From positions 28,517 to 92,516 of the IMG/VR virus record IMGVR_UViG_3300033068_001265: a stretch of DNA of 64,000 nucleotides; one strand, given 5' to 3'. Below the pieces are notes generated by a model. It saw nothing but the letters and a program-made list of their open reading frames with translations. It did no database searches and was not told where the DNA came from. Origin of the DNA: a virus. Lineage: Duplodnaviria; Caudoviricetes. Below, in pieces: positions 36,436 to 46,650 of the stretch (its first letter is position 1; the number at the start of each line of letters is the position of its first letter). Made by a program: the position numbers and the translations under genes.

Positions 36436-39400
36436 TCATCCGATGAAGATGGGGTCAGGAGCCTCCCAAGTCTTTTCCTGATTCTTGACAAGCTGTTCGA
36501 TAGCGTTCTGGCGATAAGCCAAAGCAGCCATTCGACACGCATCCAACGAGTGGAAGCTTCCGAGGGAGAAGATCTTGCGTCTACCATACTGATCAATCGC
36601 ACTTTTCGAATAGGTGAAGGATTGCCCCTGAAATTCAGCAATAAGGTCCCTGTCCCAAGGAAGACTTAGCCTGTGATCGTCAACAAGCTGCCTCAGGATG
36701 TCAGTACTATGTTCCAGTACTGACCTCCTAATCTCCGCTTTCTTGTACCCATCAGGGTCATCTTCGTCAATGGTTACTGTATCATCAAATTCAGCTATCA
36801 CTTTCTGGCTGAAGTTATACCCCTTGATCCTCTCAACCATCGTAGACAGATTAGGGTTCTCCCTTGCCTCTTCTTGGATCGTCTCAAACAAGGGTAACCC
36901 GACCCCGGTTGAGTCCATTGCAAAGGCCAGCGGTCGGTAGGTGTCAATGAGATGCAGGATCAACTTCGCCTGATCTTTGGTTTTGATTCTCTTCATCTCG
37001 ATGCGGCCCAACAGCTTAAGTATTGGAGGCTGATCTCTTTTTTCCGAGATTTCAGAGAAAATACAAATAGCAGACGGGGCTAACGTGTTCCCGGTGAAGT
37101 AGATCGACCCATTACGGCGAGCTAACCAATTATGTCCCTTTAATGTAGGACACCAAATTGTACCAAAGAAATTATTATCCCTCTGGATAGTCATTCCTTG
37201 GTCAGTCAGGGAAGGCATCCTGGCAGCTGCCACCGGATAACAGAATTGACTATGTAGTACACTAGTATGCCATCTGTCTCGCGCGTCGTTTGGCCCCTTG
37301 GACGTAGAGCAGGCTTTACCAGCAAGAGCACATGCCATCTCAAAATTCTTGATTCTAGGTAGAGACCGCTGTTCAATCTTACGATGGCCACCTCGGGTCA
37401 CCCACCCATCACCAAGGTTACAGACCTCTAGGAAAAGGTTGAGTTGATCTAGCGTGAGACTCACCAAAAATCGTGGATCCAATTCCTTCTCTCGAACATC
37501 AAGGAATACCTCACTCAAACCAATCTCCCGGGATGCCTTAGTTTGGACGGTGGCATATAAAGTCATATCCTCGAACCGCCAACTCTCCCTCCACTTTGCA
37601 CCATCTCTAGCAAATCCGGGTTCACCGAACAACCTAGAAAAGAGTGCTAAAATTCGTTCTGTATTTTCTGGGTTAGCTGTAACGGACTGGGACACATTGA
37701 AGGAATCATACCCCAAGTAGGTTCCTTCAGTAAAAATCCACGCAACCAATTCGACGAAATCGTCAGAATAGGTTTTAGTAAGAGGGGAATCGCCACGATC
37801 AACTGCTAGGGGGATGCTCTCTTTGCTATTCAGAGTTTCCGTGGTCTTCCATTTCCAGTTACCAGAACTATTCTGAACGAGCCAACGATGATGAGGGGTG
37901 GTGTAACTGTCGAACGATTGCCCCTTCATAGATACCATCGGGAAACGGCCAGTATCTACATATAGATCGGTGATTGTCTGCCATTCTGACTTATGAGTTT
38001 CCGGGTTAATGGCAAGGGATTCGTCCACGCCAATGATTATTTCGTGATATTTAAGCCACCCCCTCTTTGTTAAAATTTCTGTTTGTTCATCGACGCAGAA
38101 TCCTACGTCCATCCCAATCCAGAAGTTTCGATACTTAGCATGGCTACCGGGTGGATTGATCAGATTGAGAATTTCCCCATCAACAAACTTAACATCCGAA
38201 TCATCAAAAGAAATGTTCCAGTATTCATTCTCGTTGTAATTCGAAGACTGATCCGAGTCAACGCAAAGCATTAATCTGCTAAGAACAAATATGGCACTAT
38301 CTTGGTCGCCATGCAGTGACAAAACGTTCTTTCGGTACCCAGGGGAATCAGCTCGGCCATACTGCTTCTCCTTCAAAGCCCTTTCTTCATCTGTCCATGT
38401 AGGTCTGAGCATTGCTGGCAGCCTAAACACTGTCCAATTATCTGATGTTGAGTACTCGTAGAATTTATCCCTCACCCCACGGGTCACACCAAAAACCTTC
38501 CACTGAGCTCCCTCAACCCCCTGACGGACAGTTTCTACCAACTCCTCCCAGCCCTGTGCTGGGTAATCTTGCGAGTTACTACAAAAATTGCCCTCCACCA
38601 AAAAGGAGTGGTCATCTTCCACCTCTAAATCAAAGCAATCCATTTGCTCATCAAGCGATTTCACACTACGAATCTGTCGCCACCGCTTCTCGTCATAAAC
38701 ATATGTCTCGTCTGATGTCAGTGACATTATTACTGTGTAAAAAGGGTCATTGAAATGAATCTCAACGCCCTGAAAATCCGAGATATTGGCTAAGTGAGCC
38801 ACCTCAAATGCTAACTTCTTAGAGGTTGTGGTGTATCTCCCATCACCACAATTCAAACCCCTAAAGAGACCATGCCACGCCCCTTTCTCTAATTGAGAAC
38901 TGGAGAACAGCGAGGAATTTAGTCTCATGGGGGTAGCCCAATAATCCCCTGGCTCTAACTCGTTAGCTGGCTTCATGGATGGAGGATCCGTTTCAGACGT
39001 GACCCAGAATTTATGATTAGATGAACAGACCAACCCCGGGTGACCCATCCCCCTCACCATAACCATATCCTGAGGTCCACGGTCAAAGGTCTTACTGACC
39101 TTCCTCCATCGATTTTTATGAGTCCAAACTTCAGTGCCAACCTCTATTTTTTCAATTTCAAGGTAGCCTTGCTTAGTTAGAACTAGCGTCCCAGCAGGGA
39201 AACACTCATCCTGCATAAGAATAGTAGGGTGTGATCCCTTTACACCCTTACCATCTCGCTGAGGGATCTTCCCCATGATAACAGCGCCATTCTTGAAGTT
39301 CATGATGAATGGCTTGTGCTTGATGCCATGAGAACCACGCACCAGCAGTTCTCTAGGGATCCGATTGTTGACAAACAGGGTCTCGATCTTATCTGTCAGC

Positions 39401-39729
39401 GTAGTCAAGTGAATGGACTCAGGAGCGGTGATCATCATCTCTTGGCCGGGAAACACAAAAGGGAAAGCCAAGGCTGATGCCACAACAGACTGAGACTTCC
39501 CGCAGCTACGAGACCCTTGGGAAATCACAAGAGGATCACGGTTCCTCCACCAAGGAACCTGAAATGGCCACGCCCTGAATAAACCCCGTGTATGAGATCC
39601 ATCCTTCTCTTGCATCTCAAATGCCGGATCGTAGATACAAAATTCCATCTGATCTATACCAGACGCGTCCTGCATCAAAGCATAAAGATAACACTCTTCT
39701 TCAGTTAGAGCCGAAAAAACCTTGGACAT
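36436..39729 (-). CDS. terL: terminase large subunit with two inteins
   Basis: Walker A SRSCGKS, Walker B ILMQDE, nuclease GMDVG, MDSTGVG, HSLDA. Confidence 0.93.
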   Translation of the reverse strand: MSKVFSALTEEECYLYALMQDASGIDQMEFCIYDPAFEMQEKDGSHTRGLFRAWPFQVPWWRNRDPLVISQGSRSCGKSQSVVASALAFPFVFPGQEMMITAPESIHLTTLTDKIETLFVNNRIPRELLVRGSHGIKHKPFIMNFKNGAVIMGKIPQRDGKGVKGSHPTILMQDECFPAGTLVLTKQGYLEIEKIEVGTEVWTHKNRWRKVSKTFDRGPQDMVMVRGMGHPGLVCSSNHKFWVTSETDPPSMKPANELEPGDYWATPMRLNSSLFSSSQLEKGAWHGLFRGLNCGDGRYTTTSKKLAFEVAHLANISDFQGVEIHFNDPFYTVIMSLTSDETYVYDEKRWRQIRSVKSLDEQMDCFDLEVEDDHSFLVEGNFCSNSQDYPAQGWEELVETVRQGVEGAQWKVFGVTRGVRDKFYEYSTSDNWTVFRLPAMLRPTWTDEERALKEKQYGRADSPGYRKNVLSLHGDQDSAIFVLSRLMLCVDSDQSSNYNENEYWNISFDDSDVKFVDGEILNLINPPGSHAKYRNFWIGMDVGFCVDEQTEILTKRGWLKYHEIIIGVDESLAINPETHKSEWQTITDLYVDTGRFPMVSMKGQSFDSYTTPHHRWLVQNSSGNWKWKTTETLNSKESIPLAVDRGDSPLTKTYSDDFVELVAWIFTEGTYLGYDSFNVSQSVTANPENTERILALFSRLFGEPGFARDGAKWRESWRFEDMTLYATVQTKASREIGLSEVFLDVREKELDPRFLVSLTLDQLNLFLEVCNLGDGWVTRGGHRKIEQRSLPRIKNFEMACALAGKACSTSKGPNDARDRWHTSVLHSQFCYPVAAARMPSLTDQGMTIQRDNNFFGTIWCPTLKGHNWLARRNGSIYFTGNTLAPSAICIFSEISEKRDQPPILKLLGRIEMKRIKTKDQAKLILHLIDTYRPLAFAMDSTGVGLPLFETIQEEARENPNLSTMVERIKGYNFSQKVIAEFDDTVTIDEDDPDGYKKAEIRRSVLEHSTDILRQLVDDHRLSLPWDRDLIAEFQGQSFTYSKSAIDQYGRRKIFSLGSFHSLDACRMAALAYRQNAIEQLVKNQEKTWEAPDPIFIG
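37087..38097 (-). mobile_element. intein 2 in TerL (337 aa, LAGLIDADG type)
   Basis: GF|CVDEQTEILT...TTPHHRW...LVAWIFTEG...NLGDG...ARRNGSIYFTGN|T. Confidence 0.92.
38575..39204 (-). mobile_element. intein 1 in TerL (210 aa, reduced endonuclease)
   Basis: DE|CFPAGTLVLT...CSSNHKF...DLEVEDDHSFLVEGNFCSN|S. Confidence 0.92.
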
Positions 39730-39736
39730 GGCTTCC

Positions 39737-40267
39737 TTACTTAACCTTGATAAATTCCCGGTAAAAGTTCTTGAACCAAAGAGTGGCCGTATCAGGAGAG
39801 TTGTACAAAAACGTGTTCAGTTTACTGGTGACATACCCCACCCGGTATTCCAGAAAAAAGCTGGGGTCCTTCCCAAAGGAGGTGGCAATCTGCTCCATCA
39901 ACTTGAACGTTGGTTGTTTCTTTCCCCTCAGGAGGTCATACACAACGTTTCTATCTATCTCGCATTTACTTGCAGTATGGCGGATTGAACGAGCGCCCTT
40001 GAGTGCAGCGAATGCATCAGCAAAACACAGTTCGGTGAAATCTTCTCCAGCAAGTTGGTTTAGTCGCTCGGAAGCTTCCGAACGAGAAAGCTTTGGTCGC
40101 TTCCCCTGCTTACCTCCGGGCCGAGATGTCTTAATCACATCGTGAAGCAAATCAGTGAATAAATCCACATCCCCGCTCATGGCAGTTTCCCAATTAAAAT
40201 TCTCTATTTGGGGAAATTCACCAACGATAGCATCAAAGCGTTCATCCCAAGACTTTTTATCTGCCAT
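39737..40267 (-). CDS. HTH DNA-binding protein
   Basis: SIRHTASKCEIDRNVVYDLLRGKKQPT. Confidence 0.75.
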   Translation of the reverse strand: MADKKSWDERFDAIVGEFPQIENFNWETAMSGDVDLFTDLLHDVIKTSRPGGKQGKRPKLSRSEASERLNQLAGEDFTELCFADAFAALKGARSIRHTASKCEIDRNVVYDLLRGKKQPTFKLMEQIATSFGKDPSFFLEYRVGYVTSKLNTFLYNSPDTATLWFKNFYREFIKVK

Positions 40268-40268
40268 T

Positions 40269-42167
40269 TCAGACTTTCGCTATGTCGTGAATCCAGTACT
40301 TTTGATTTTCACGTAGAGCGGCGTCGATCTCTTCGAATTCATCAAATTTAGTCTCAAACCACGCTAAAATTTCTTCTGGACTGGAGTTAAACTCCCGTCT
40401 TTCTGCATCATTAGAATTACGATATAGGGTAATATATCCCTTTGCTTCCATAAGGATATTAATCGCACGGACAGCTTGCTCATTTCTCATTATGCCAAAC
40501 TCTTTAGCTCTAAGCCTCAAGTTTTCCAAATAGCCCGAAATAGAATTACCAGACCACAAAACGCATCCATTCCTGCGAGTTAACAGAGTTTCATTGGGTA
40601 CCGCCAGACAATAAACCTTTCCTTTGTATGGACTTACCCTAACATTCTGAGTATTATATGTTTGGGTTTCCGTAGTTCTAAAACTTAAACTCCACATGTC
40701 AAAATTACTAACCGCACCGTTGCCCGTAGGCTCCCCCGTATAAGCTATAATTTTAGCTTTACCAGCTACTCCCAGTTGAGCTGCCAGAGCCTGGACTTGA
40801 TTTATAAGCCTTAGACTAGAACTATAAAAGGCATGAAATTTGATACCGCACGGAGACTCCCACCCACAACCCGTAGTTAACCCTCCATCACCCACGCACA
40901 ATCCCTCCAAAAGAGCTTCTTTCTCTGCTATGGACCAAGTTGTCAACGCTTCTTCCGGGAAGTGGAGCCCCCCCTGCTGTAAGCTCACTAGATACTGAGC
41001 CAATTCACGGTTGAAAAGTGCCCACTCGACCTCATCTCCCTTTTCTTTTCGTCTATAAGACCATTCCAGGTCCATAAACATTTTATCGGCCCATCCGATC
41101 CCGATATCTTTCACCTGACTTACTTCGACTAGCACCTGATTGTCTGATGTAATTTTTGTACCCTCAGCCAACCAGAATCCAAGAAACTTCGCAAATTTTT
41201 CTCTCGGGATTTCTTGAAGAACGTTCTCTTTGGCAGCCTTCACACGATCAAATCTCTGCCTCTTGACGCCAAGCCTGCGCGCCCTCCTGCGTAGCTGTGT
41301 GACGGATCGACCAGATTCTCGACACATCGTTAGAGTGTTCGTGGTCGCATAGTGATTAAGTATATACTCATCCTCTGCGGGAGAAAACGGACCCGTAATG
41401 AGGTTTTTATCAATCTGATCAATCGACGTAGGAAATCCAATTAGGCCACCCGATCTATCTGCGACCTTAGCTCGTTTCACCAAACTGTACGACTTTTTGG
41501 CGGCATTTAACTCGCGAATTTCCGCAAACTTCTCACTCCCATCCAGGTTACGAAGAAGCATCCTATGATTTGGAGTGACGGCAAAATTATAATACTTAGT
41601 TTCATAAAAATAGATATCGCCATCGTAATCATACTCAAAGTATTCCAAAGGAAGCTGATACTCGAACTCTCCATCCTTAGATCGTGTAGCTACTCTTTCT
41701 GTGCCATTTAAGTCACTAAAAAACTTCCATCCTTGATCTGTTAAGACCTCTGTATCAGCCGTATGGCACTCCCCGCCATCACGATCTCTTGTCGACTTGT
41801 CCATCCCAAGATCCCTCTTGATCTCGCGAATCTCTTTTGAATAAGTCGCAATGGATCTTTGTAGTTCTTGGGCATTGACTTTCTTTCCGGAGTAATCCAT
41901 CTCTTGAATAAGCCAAGTCCCCCAACGGTACGTCATTAACTCCATCATCAAAATACGATCCAATTCCTGAATATCAGAAACATTCACAAAGATATTATCG
42001 CTCTGATACCGCTCGGAAAGGGATTCGTAGTGATGGGCTTCATGTTCATTGAACACGGGATACTTAGATCCAGATGGCCCAGTGACTAGGATTGCTTCAT
42101 CAAGGCTCTCATCTGGCTCATCATCTAGAATGTCAGCAATATCAAATTCTGTCTTTTTTGCAGCCAT
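40269..42167 (-). CDS. putative terminase small subunit containing an intein
   Basis: 224-aa helical extein with IKRDLGMDKSTR (like LG[LM]xPxSR of P27-type TerS); two genes upstream of TerL. Confidence 0.6.
   Translation of the reverse strand: MAAKKTEFDIADILDDEPDESLDEAILVTGPSGSKYPVFNEHEAHHYESLSERYQSDNIFVNVSDIQELDRILMMELMTYRWGTWLIQEMDYSGKKVNAQELQRSIATYSKEIREIKRDLGMDKSTRDRDGGECHTADTEVLTDQGWKFFSDLNGTERVATRSKDGEFEYQLPLEYFEYDYDGDIYFYETKYYNFAVTPNHRMLLRNLDGSEKFAEIRELNAAKKSYSLVKRAKVADRSGGLIGFPTSIDQIDKNLITGPFSPAEDEYILNHYATTNTLTMCRESGRSVTQLRRRARRLGVKRQRFDRVKAAKENVLQEIPREKFAKFLGFWLAEGTKITSDNQVLVEVSQVKDIGIGWADKMFMDLEWSYRRKEKGDEVEWALFNRELAQYLVSLQQGGLHFPEEALTTWSIAEKEALLEGLCVGDGGLTTGCGWESPCGIKFHAFYSSSLRLINQVQALAAQLGVAGKAKIIAYTGEPTGNGAVSNFDMWSLSFRTTETQTYNTQNVRVSPYKGKVYCLAVPNETLLTRRNGCVLWSGNSISGYLENLRLRAKEFGIMRNEQAVRAINILMEAKGYITLYRNSNDAERREFNSSPEEILAWFETKFDEFEEIDAALRENQKYWIHDIAKV
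40545..41768 (-). mobile_element. intein (408 aa, LAGLIDADG plus extra HTH) in the TerS-like gene
   Basis: E|CHTADTEVLTDQGW...VTPNHRM...FLGFWLAEG...LCVGDG...VYCLAVPN...RRNGCVLWSGN|S. Confidence 0.93.
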
Positions 42168-42205
42168 AGATCCTCTACAGTTCTAACGGATGTTGTTTGT
42201 TTAAT

Positions 42206-42946
42206 TCAGACAAGATCAGGATGTGGTCCGGTCCATTTTGCCAACTCCGGCTTCGTTAGAATGCTCTGGATATGCTGAGAACTGTGCCCGTTCTCTTCTA
42301 GAGAAGTGTAGCGATCGTATTTATCGGCCCTATCCTCAAACACCGCATAGCCATAATGAAGAAATGTTAAATCCTTGGAAGAGGATATGGTTGAACCATG
42401 AACTACGTACATGGGAACAGAGCCACAACCCATGGGGAGATCAGCAAACCGACCGTCCGGTTTGTAGGCGAAAAACCGAGAAGCTCGGATCTTCCCCCAG
42501 AACCCATCCGTCCGTACAAAAGGCTGACCGGATGCACTCACATCAAAGACTTCAGCAAAGGGGATTTCCTGGCTAATGTACCCACCCGACCGAGAGGTGA
42601 TGTTATCCAACACACCCCTAACCGCCTCGGGGTCGCTTGTGTGTCTTAGCGTCAAAAACTCATCCAAGTCAAAAGAGAGACAGAAGTCTCCTAATGAAGG
42701 TTTCATCGTGGCCTCGAACGACTCCCACGCAGCTTGACGGAAGCGACCTTCATGTTCCATGAACGATGGTTCATTCATAGACCTGACCGCAACAACCCCA
42801 TATTCTTCTGCGATCTCTACTGAATTGTCCGAAGATCGGTCATCGTAAATAAAAAGATCATCGATAAATCCAGAATTCCACTCTAAACAGGACTTGAGGT
42901 AACGACTCTCTTCATCTTTCATGACCGCTATTCCATGAATCTTCAT
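42206..42946 (-). CDS. glycosyltransferase family 2-like
   Basis: MKDE...YDDRSSD...FDLDE...LHYGY. Confidence 0.85.
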   Translation of the reverse strand: MKIHGIAVMKDEESRYLKSCLEWNSGFIDDLFIYDDRSSDNSVEIAEEYGVVAVRSMNEPSFMEHEGRFRQAAWESFEATMKPSLGDFCLSFDLDEFLTLRHTSDPEAVRGVLDNITSRSGGYISQEIPFAEVFDVSASGQPFVRTDGFWGKIRASRFFAYKPDGRFADLPMGCGSVPMYVVHGSTISSSKDLTFLHYGYAVFEDRADKYDRYTSLEENGHSSQHIQSILTKPELAKWTGPHPDLV

Positions 42947-43539
42947 CTAAAAATCCCCTGAACATATTGCACGGCCGCACGAGCTTGTTGTTGAGTGGGA
43001 TCATTCCGACTACCAGGGTGTACATTGACCCGGTAAATAGCCCTAGGACAGATTGCGGTCTTTGCCCCATTATGAATGCATTGCGCCCATAACGCCCAAT
43101 CCTCCCAGCAAGGAAGGTCGGGGAAGCCTCCAGCATCTAGGAACACATCACGTCTCACCGCTGTCCCAATGACCATCCAATTTCCCATGTGGATATCCTT
43201 GGATGGAATCAGAACTGGTTCGTCGTCCTCTACTCCATCCACGACCCCAAGCGTAGATGGCTGGATCAGATAATTTTCTCCACTTAATTCGACTATTCGA
43301 TCCTTCATTGCCTGAATGTAGCTGTAGTCCAACTGATCGTCGGCGTCCAAAAAAATCAACCAATCCCCCACGGCTCTCTCCGCTGGCCGATTGCGAGCCA
43401 AACTCAATGAAGGTTCGTGGGACATGATGATTTCATCAGGGCGGACGGATTGTTCCTCAGCAGACATCCGTGCTCGCTCAGCCAGTGTCCGCCAAGAGTC
43501 ATCTCCGAAAGTTCCGATGATCACCGAAATGGAATTCAT
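42943..43539 (-). CDS. glycosyltransferase family 2
   Basis: ARN...FLDADD...GGF..WEDW. Confidence 0.9.
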   Translation of the reverse strand: MNSISVIIGTFGDDSWRTLAERARMSAEEQSVRPDEIIMSHEPSLSLARNRPAERAVGDWLIFLDADDQLDYSYIQAMKDRIVELSGENYLIQPSTLGVVDGVEDDEPVLIPSKDIHMGNWMVIGTAVRRDVFLDAGGFPDLPCWEDWALWAQCIHNGAKTAICPRAIYRVNVHPGSRNDPTQQQARAAVQYVQGIFR

Positions 43540-43575
43540 TCTGGCTAAACTTTCCCAAATTTGGTAAAGTTGGGA

Positions 43576-44346
43576 TCAGTCATGAGCGATCCCGTGGGCA
43601 TCCATGAACTTCCTGAAGCCCATCCTACTTTCATTCATGCTTCTACTGAGATCAGACTCAGGACTCTTGGCGTGTTCATGGATCATCTCAGCCTCACCCA
43701 CATACCATACATCGTACCCGTGATCACGAACGTGATACGAATACGATGTTTCTTCATAATACATCTTAAAAGGAGGGAAGGCACCTAGTGCTGACGGGAA
43801 CTGCTCTCTGAAGATGTGGCAGTCATGCATTTCCTTCCAGACGACAGACTTAGTGAAGTATGCGGAACCAGAGACAGTTACTGCTGGTTGATTGTTTCTG
43901 TACTGGTCAGATGGAGGCTTTTGCCACCCGCGGAACACTACACTTGTGTTGTCTCCAAAAATTCCACCATGCGTTACCTTCCCTTGCGAAGAGTATTGCA
44001 GTGGTCCAACAGCAGCAACATTGTCATTTGAATCCAAGAAGTCCACACAATAGTCAACACAGTTGTTATCAACAAACCGTGTATCAGCATTAAAGAAGGC
44101 GAGGTTTCTTGCTCGATCTTGATTCAGGTATGCACCCCAATTACAGGCCCGAGCATAACCACAGTTATCCAAATCATTCACGACACTGAATCCGTGTGAC
44201 TCAAACTTATGGTGCCCATCAGCATCAACGTTTACGATAAGCAGATCAGATCTACAACTCGGGTAAAATTCTACATATGAATCGATAAATCGCTGTAGTA
44301 GATCGTCTGTGTGATAATTTACTACAATGAGTTGAATATCCAACAT
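43576..44346 (-). CDS. glycosyltransferase family 2
   Basis: IVVNY...NCGYARACN...FNAD...YYEE. Confidence 0.9.
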   Translation of the reverse strand: MLDIQLIVVNYHTDDLLQRFIDSYVEFYPSCRSDLLIVNVDADGHHKFESHGFSVVNDLDNCGYARACNWGAYLNQDRARNLAFFNADTRFVDNNCVDYCVDFLDSNDNVAAVGPLQYSSQGKVTHGGIFGDNTSVVFRGWQKPPSDQYRNNQPAVTVSGSAYFTKSVVWKEMHDCHIFREQFPSALGAFPPFKMYYEETSYSYHVRDHGYDVWYVGEAEMIHEHAKSPESDLSRSMNESRMGFRKFMDAHGIAHD

Positions 44347-45054
44347 TTAGAACCCCGCCCTCGGGTCTACACGAGACAACATCTCTGGTCTCATAACATG
44401 CTTATTCTTGACTCGACCATCCCAGCGGAACTTGCCCCCAGCCTGCTTCACGGCCCTAGACCACCCCAAGTCTTCCCCGCAGTGGTGATACTCATAATCC
44501 ACGTTGTAAGCCTTAGGTGACATCAGCTTCCCGGCCATGATGATATCACAGGTAATGATGTCATCGAAATTACGCCTAGTGTAGCGACCAAAATTGCCAT
44601 CACTCCAAGTACCATTAGATGGGTGGCCTGTCCCTATTTCTGTCATGTACAAAGCTAATCCAACGGCCCAAGTATCATCTTCAAAAGCGTCGATTGCACT
44701 ACTAATCGCATTGGGAGCCAGTAATACATCTGAGTCTAGGGATAGAAACAGGTCAGGCTGAATGTCTCGGACCTCAGCCAAAAGGTGGTTCCTCAGTGAG
44801 ACAAGATGCTCATACCTAGGCGGACCCCACTGCCTCTTTTCTGAGGACCTATCTTCGGTCAAAACCTTGATCCGAGTTTCTGTATCAAAGGACGCCAGCA
44901 TCTCAACTGTTTCGACATCCTCATCTGAGGCCACAAAAACATATGACAAATCGACCTCTTGATTCATCTCATAAACAGATGAAAGAACGCGCTGGTTCCA
45001 TTCTGGGAGGACCCACCCCCTCTTATAAACTGGGCACCCAATCGTCAGTTTCAT
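44347..45054 (-). CDS. glycosyltransferase family 2-like
   Basis: IGCPV...LRN...SLDSD...GEDLGW. Confidence 0.85.
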   Translation of the reverse strand: MKLTIGCPVYKRGWVLPEWNQRVLSSVYEMNQEVDLSYVFVASDEDVETVEMLASFDTETRIKVLTEDRSSEKRQWGPPRYEHLVSLRNHLLAEVRDIQPDLFLSLDSDVLLAPNAISSAIDAFEDDTWAVGLALYMTEIGTGHPSNGTWSDGNFGRYTRRNFDDIITCDIIMAGKLMSPKAYNVDYEYHHCGEDLGWSRAVKQAGGKFRWDGRVKNKHVMRPEMLSRVDPRAGF

Positions 45055-45275
45055 ACCTTGATCACCCTATGAGAAACACAAATACGCTTCTCGTCACCTA
45101 CTTGTGGAAAAGATTGTGTCTTCACATCATCGTGCAACTTATCCACCCTCACTGAAACACAGTTTCCCTGAAACCCCACTACAGTACCTCTGTATAGAGT
45201 CTGATTCGTCTTCGTGGTAGCAATAGCAATAACCTCGTCGCCCACCAACAAGGTCTCCCCTACTGCATCTATCAT
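45051..45275 (-). CDS. small SH3/KOW-like protein
   Basis: DAVGETLLVGDEV...GTVVGF. Confidence 0.55.
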   Translation of the reverse strand: MIDAVGETLLVGDEVIAIATTKTNQTLYRGTVVGFQGNCVSVRVDKLHDDVKTQSFPQVGDEKRICVSHRVIKV

Positions 45276-45637
45276 AGAATAAACCCTGCCTCGGCCATAA
45301 GATCAATGAACCCTGGTACATCCATGACCACAAACCAATCCACCGGATTTGGTTTACCTTTAGGTCTTACGACGATATGGCCCGTATTGGCATCATCGTT
45401 AGTTACCTCGGCATCCAACTCTCGCAACCATTCTGGAATCTTTAGGACCGCCCCGGACTTTACCTCCGAAACTACCCGCCAAGAATTATCTGGAGCAGCC
45501 CATCCAGCGATGTCCCCCCGGTCCTCCACCCCATTAAGACGCCGACGCTCAGCTAGGGGAACCCCATTTCCAATGAGGAAATCAACCCAAGCTTGCTCAG
45601 TTTCGCGACCCTTTGACTTAGCAGTGGAAGGCTTCAT
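45272..45637 (-). CDS. Holliday junction resolvase (Hjc-type PD-(D/E)XK)
   Basis: KSKGRETE...DRGDI...EVK. Confidence 0.8.
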   Translation of the reverse strand: MKPSTAKSKGRETEQAWVDFLIGNGVPLAERRRLNGVEDRGDIAGWAAPDNSWRVVSEVKSGAVLKIPEWLRELDAEVTNDDANTGHIVVRPKGKPNPVDWFVVMDVPGFIDLMAEAGFIL

Positions 45638-46035
45638 TAACCCTCCAACTCATTCAGGTCAGACTCTATAGACTCAGCAATCTCAGATAACCTCTTGGAG
45701 GTTAGAGTCTTGCGGTCATAAACCTCAGCCTCAACTTGGGCATTCAGTAGGTGTAACTCAACTACAATCTTTTGATCGTAGTCTGATTCTCTAAATGCAT
45801 CAGGAATCCACTCATCCACATGATCCGCCGCCAAATAGAGACTTCTTTGAACCATCGCAATGACGCTCTGCTTCTCTTCGGGGGAAAGCTGCTTGTAGGT
45901 TTTATTGGACTCCATTATTTCTTCGAACAATGCTTTCCTATCTTCAAAATGAAGCCTAGGGGTCCAAGGCTCCAAACGAGCCACAAGTTGCACGCCCTCT
46001 AATTCAAGATCCACACCTAGAGGATACAGTAGCAC
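45637..46035 (-). CDS. hypothetical protein
   Basis: open frame in operon with TAATG coupling. Confidence 0.55.
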   Translation of the reverse strand: MLLYPLGVDLELEGVQLVARLEPWTPRLHFEDRKALFEEIMESNKTYKQLSPEEKQSVIAMVQRSLYLAADHVDEWIPDAFRESDYDQKIVVELHLLNAQVEAEVYDRKTLTSKRLSEIAESIESDLNELEG

Positions 46036-46062
46036 CTAGCTCGAAAAACCTATAGTTCACTG

Positions 46063-46650
46063 TCACGCCTCCAAATCTCTACGCTCCTGGATCATATTAG
46101 AACGAGCTTGTTCTTCGTACCGTGCCCCCCACGAAGTATGAAACAATACCGGTTTGTTTAGGTAAGTTGTCAGAAAGGCCGACCGACCCCTCACCCACAA
46201 TTCTTCAGGGGGATTACCATACTCTGCTCGCACCCGATCTCTGTTATCTAAATACTCTGACCTAGTTGCACCCAAACCACGAAGATCTGCATCCAGAAGA
46301 CATGCACCCCAAAAGGTCAGAGGCTGCTCGTGCAGAGAGGTGGTCTTAACCGCATAAGAAATTGATGAATCTTTCGTCCGCTGTAAGGCAATTTGTGCGG
46401 ACCTCTCCTCATTATCGACGGACCCAATCTCGTAAACAAAATCATGGTACCAAGCTGCCAACTCTAAATCATCCTGCACCCACCGAGGAAACTTAAATAG
46501 ATTACTCATTTCGGTTATGGAGAGGAGGACATCATGTATATGATCAAGGTTATGATACACGCGATGTGGCTCATTGTATGCCTCAAGGAACCCATCAGTA
46601 CGGTGACCAGAGGACTCCAACCTCTCCAGAGATGCTTGAATTAACGTCAT
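46063..46650 (-). CDS. HD-domain metal-dependent phosphohydrolase
   Basis: PHRVYHNLDH...WYHD...NEERSA...LDADL...VRAEY. Confidence 0.88.
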   Translation of the reverse strand: MTLIQASLERLESSGHRTDGFLEAYNEPHRVYHNLDHIHDVLLSITEMSNLFKFPRWVQDDLELAAWYHDFVYEIGSVDNEERSAQIALQRTKDSSISYAVKTTSLHEQPLTFWGACLLDADLRGLGATRSEYLDNRDRVRAEYGNPPEELWVRGRSAFLTTYLNKPVLFHTSWGARYEEQARSNMIQERRDLEA

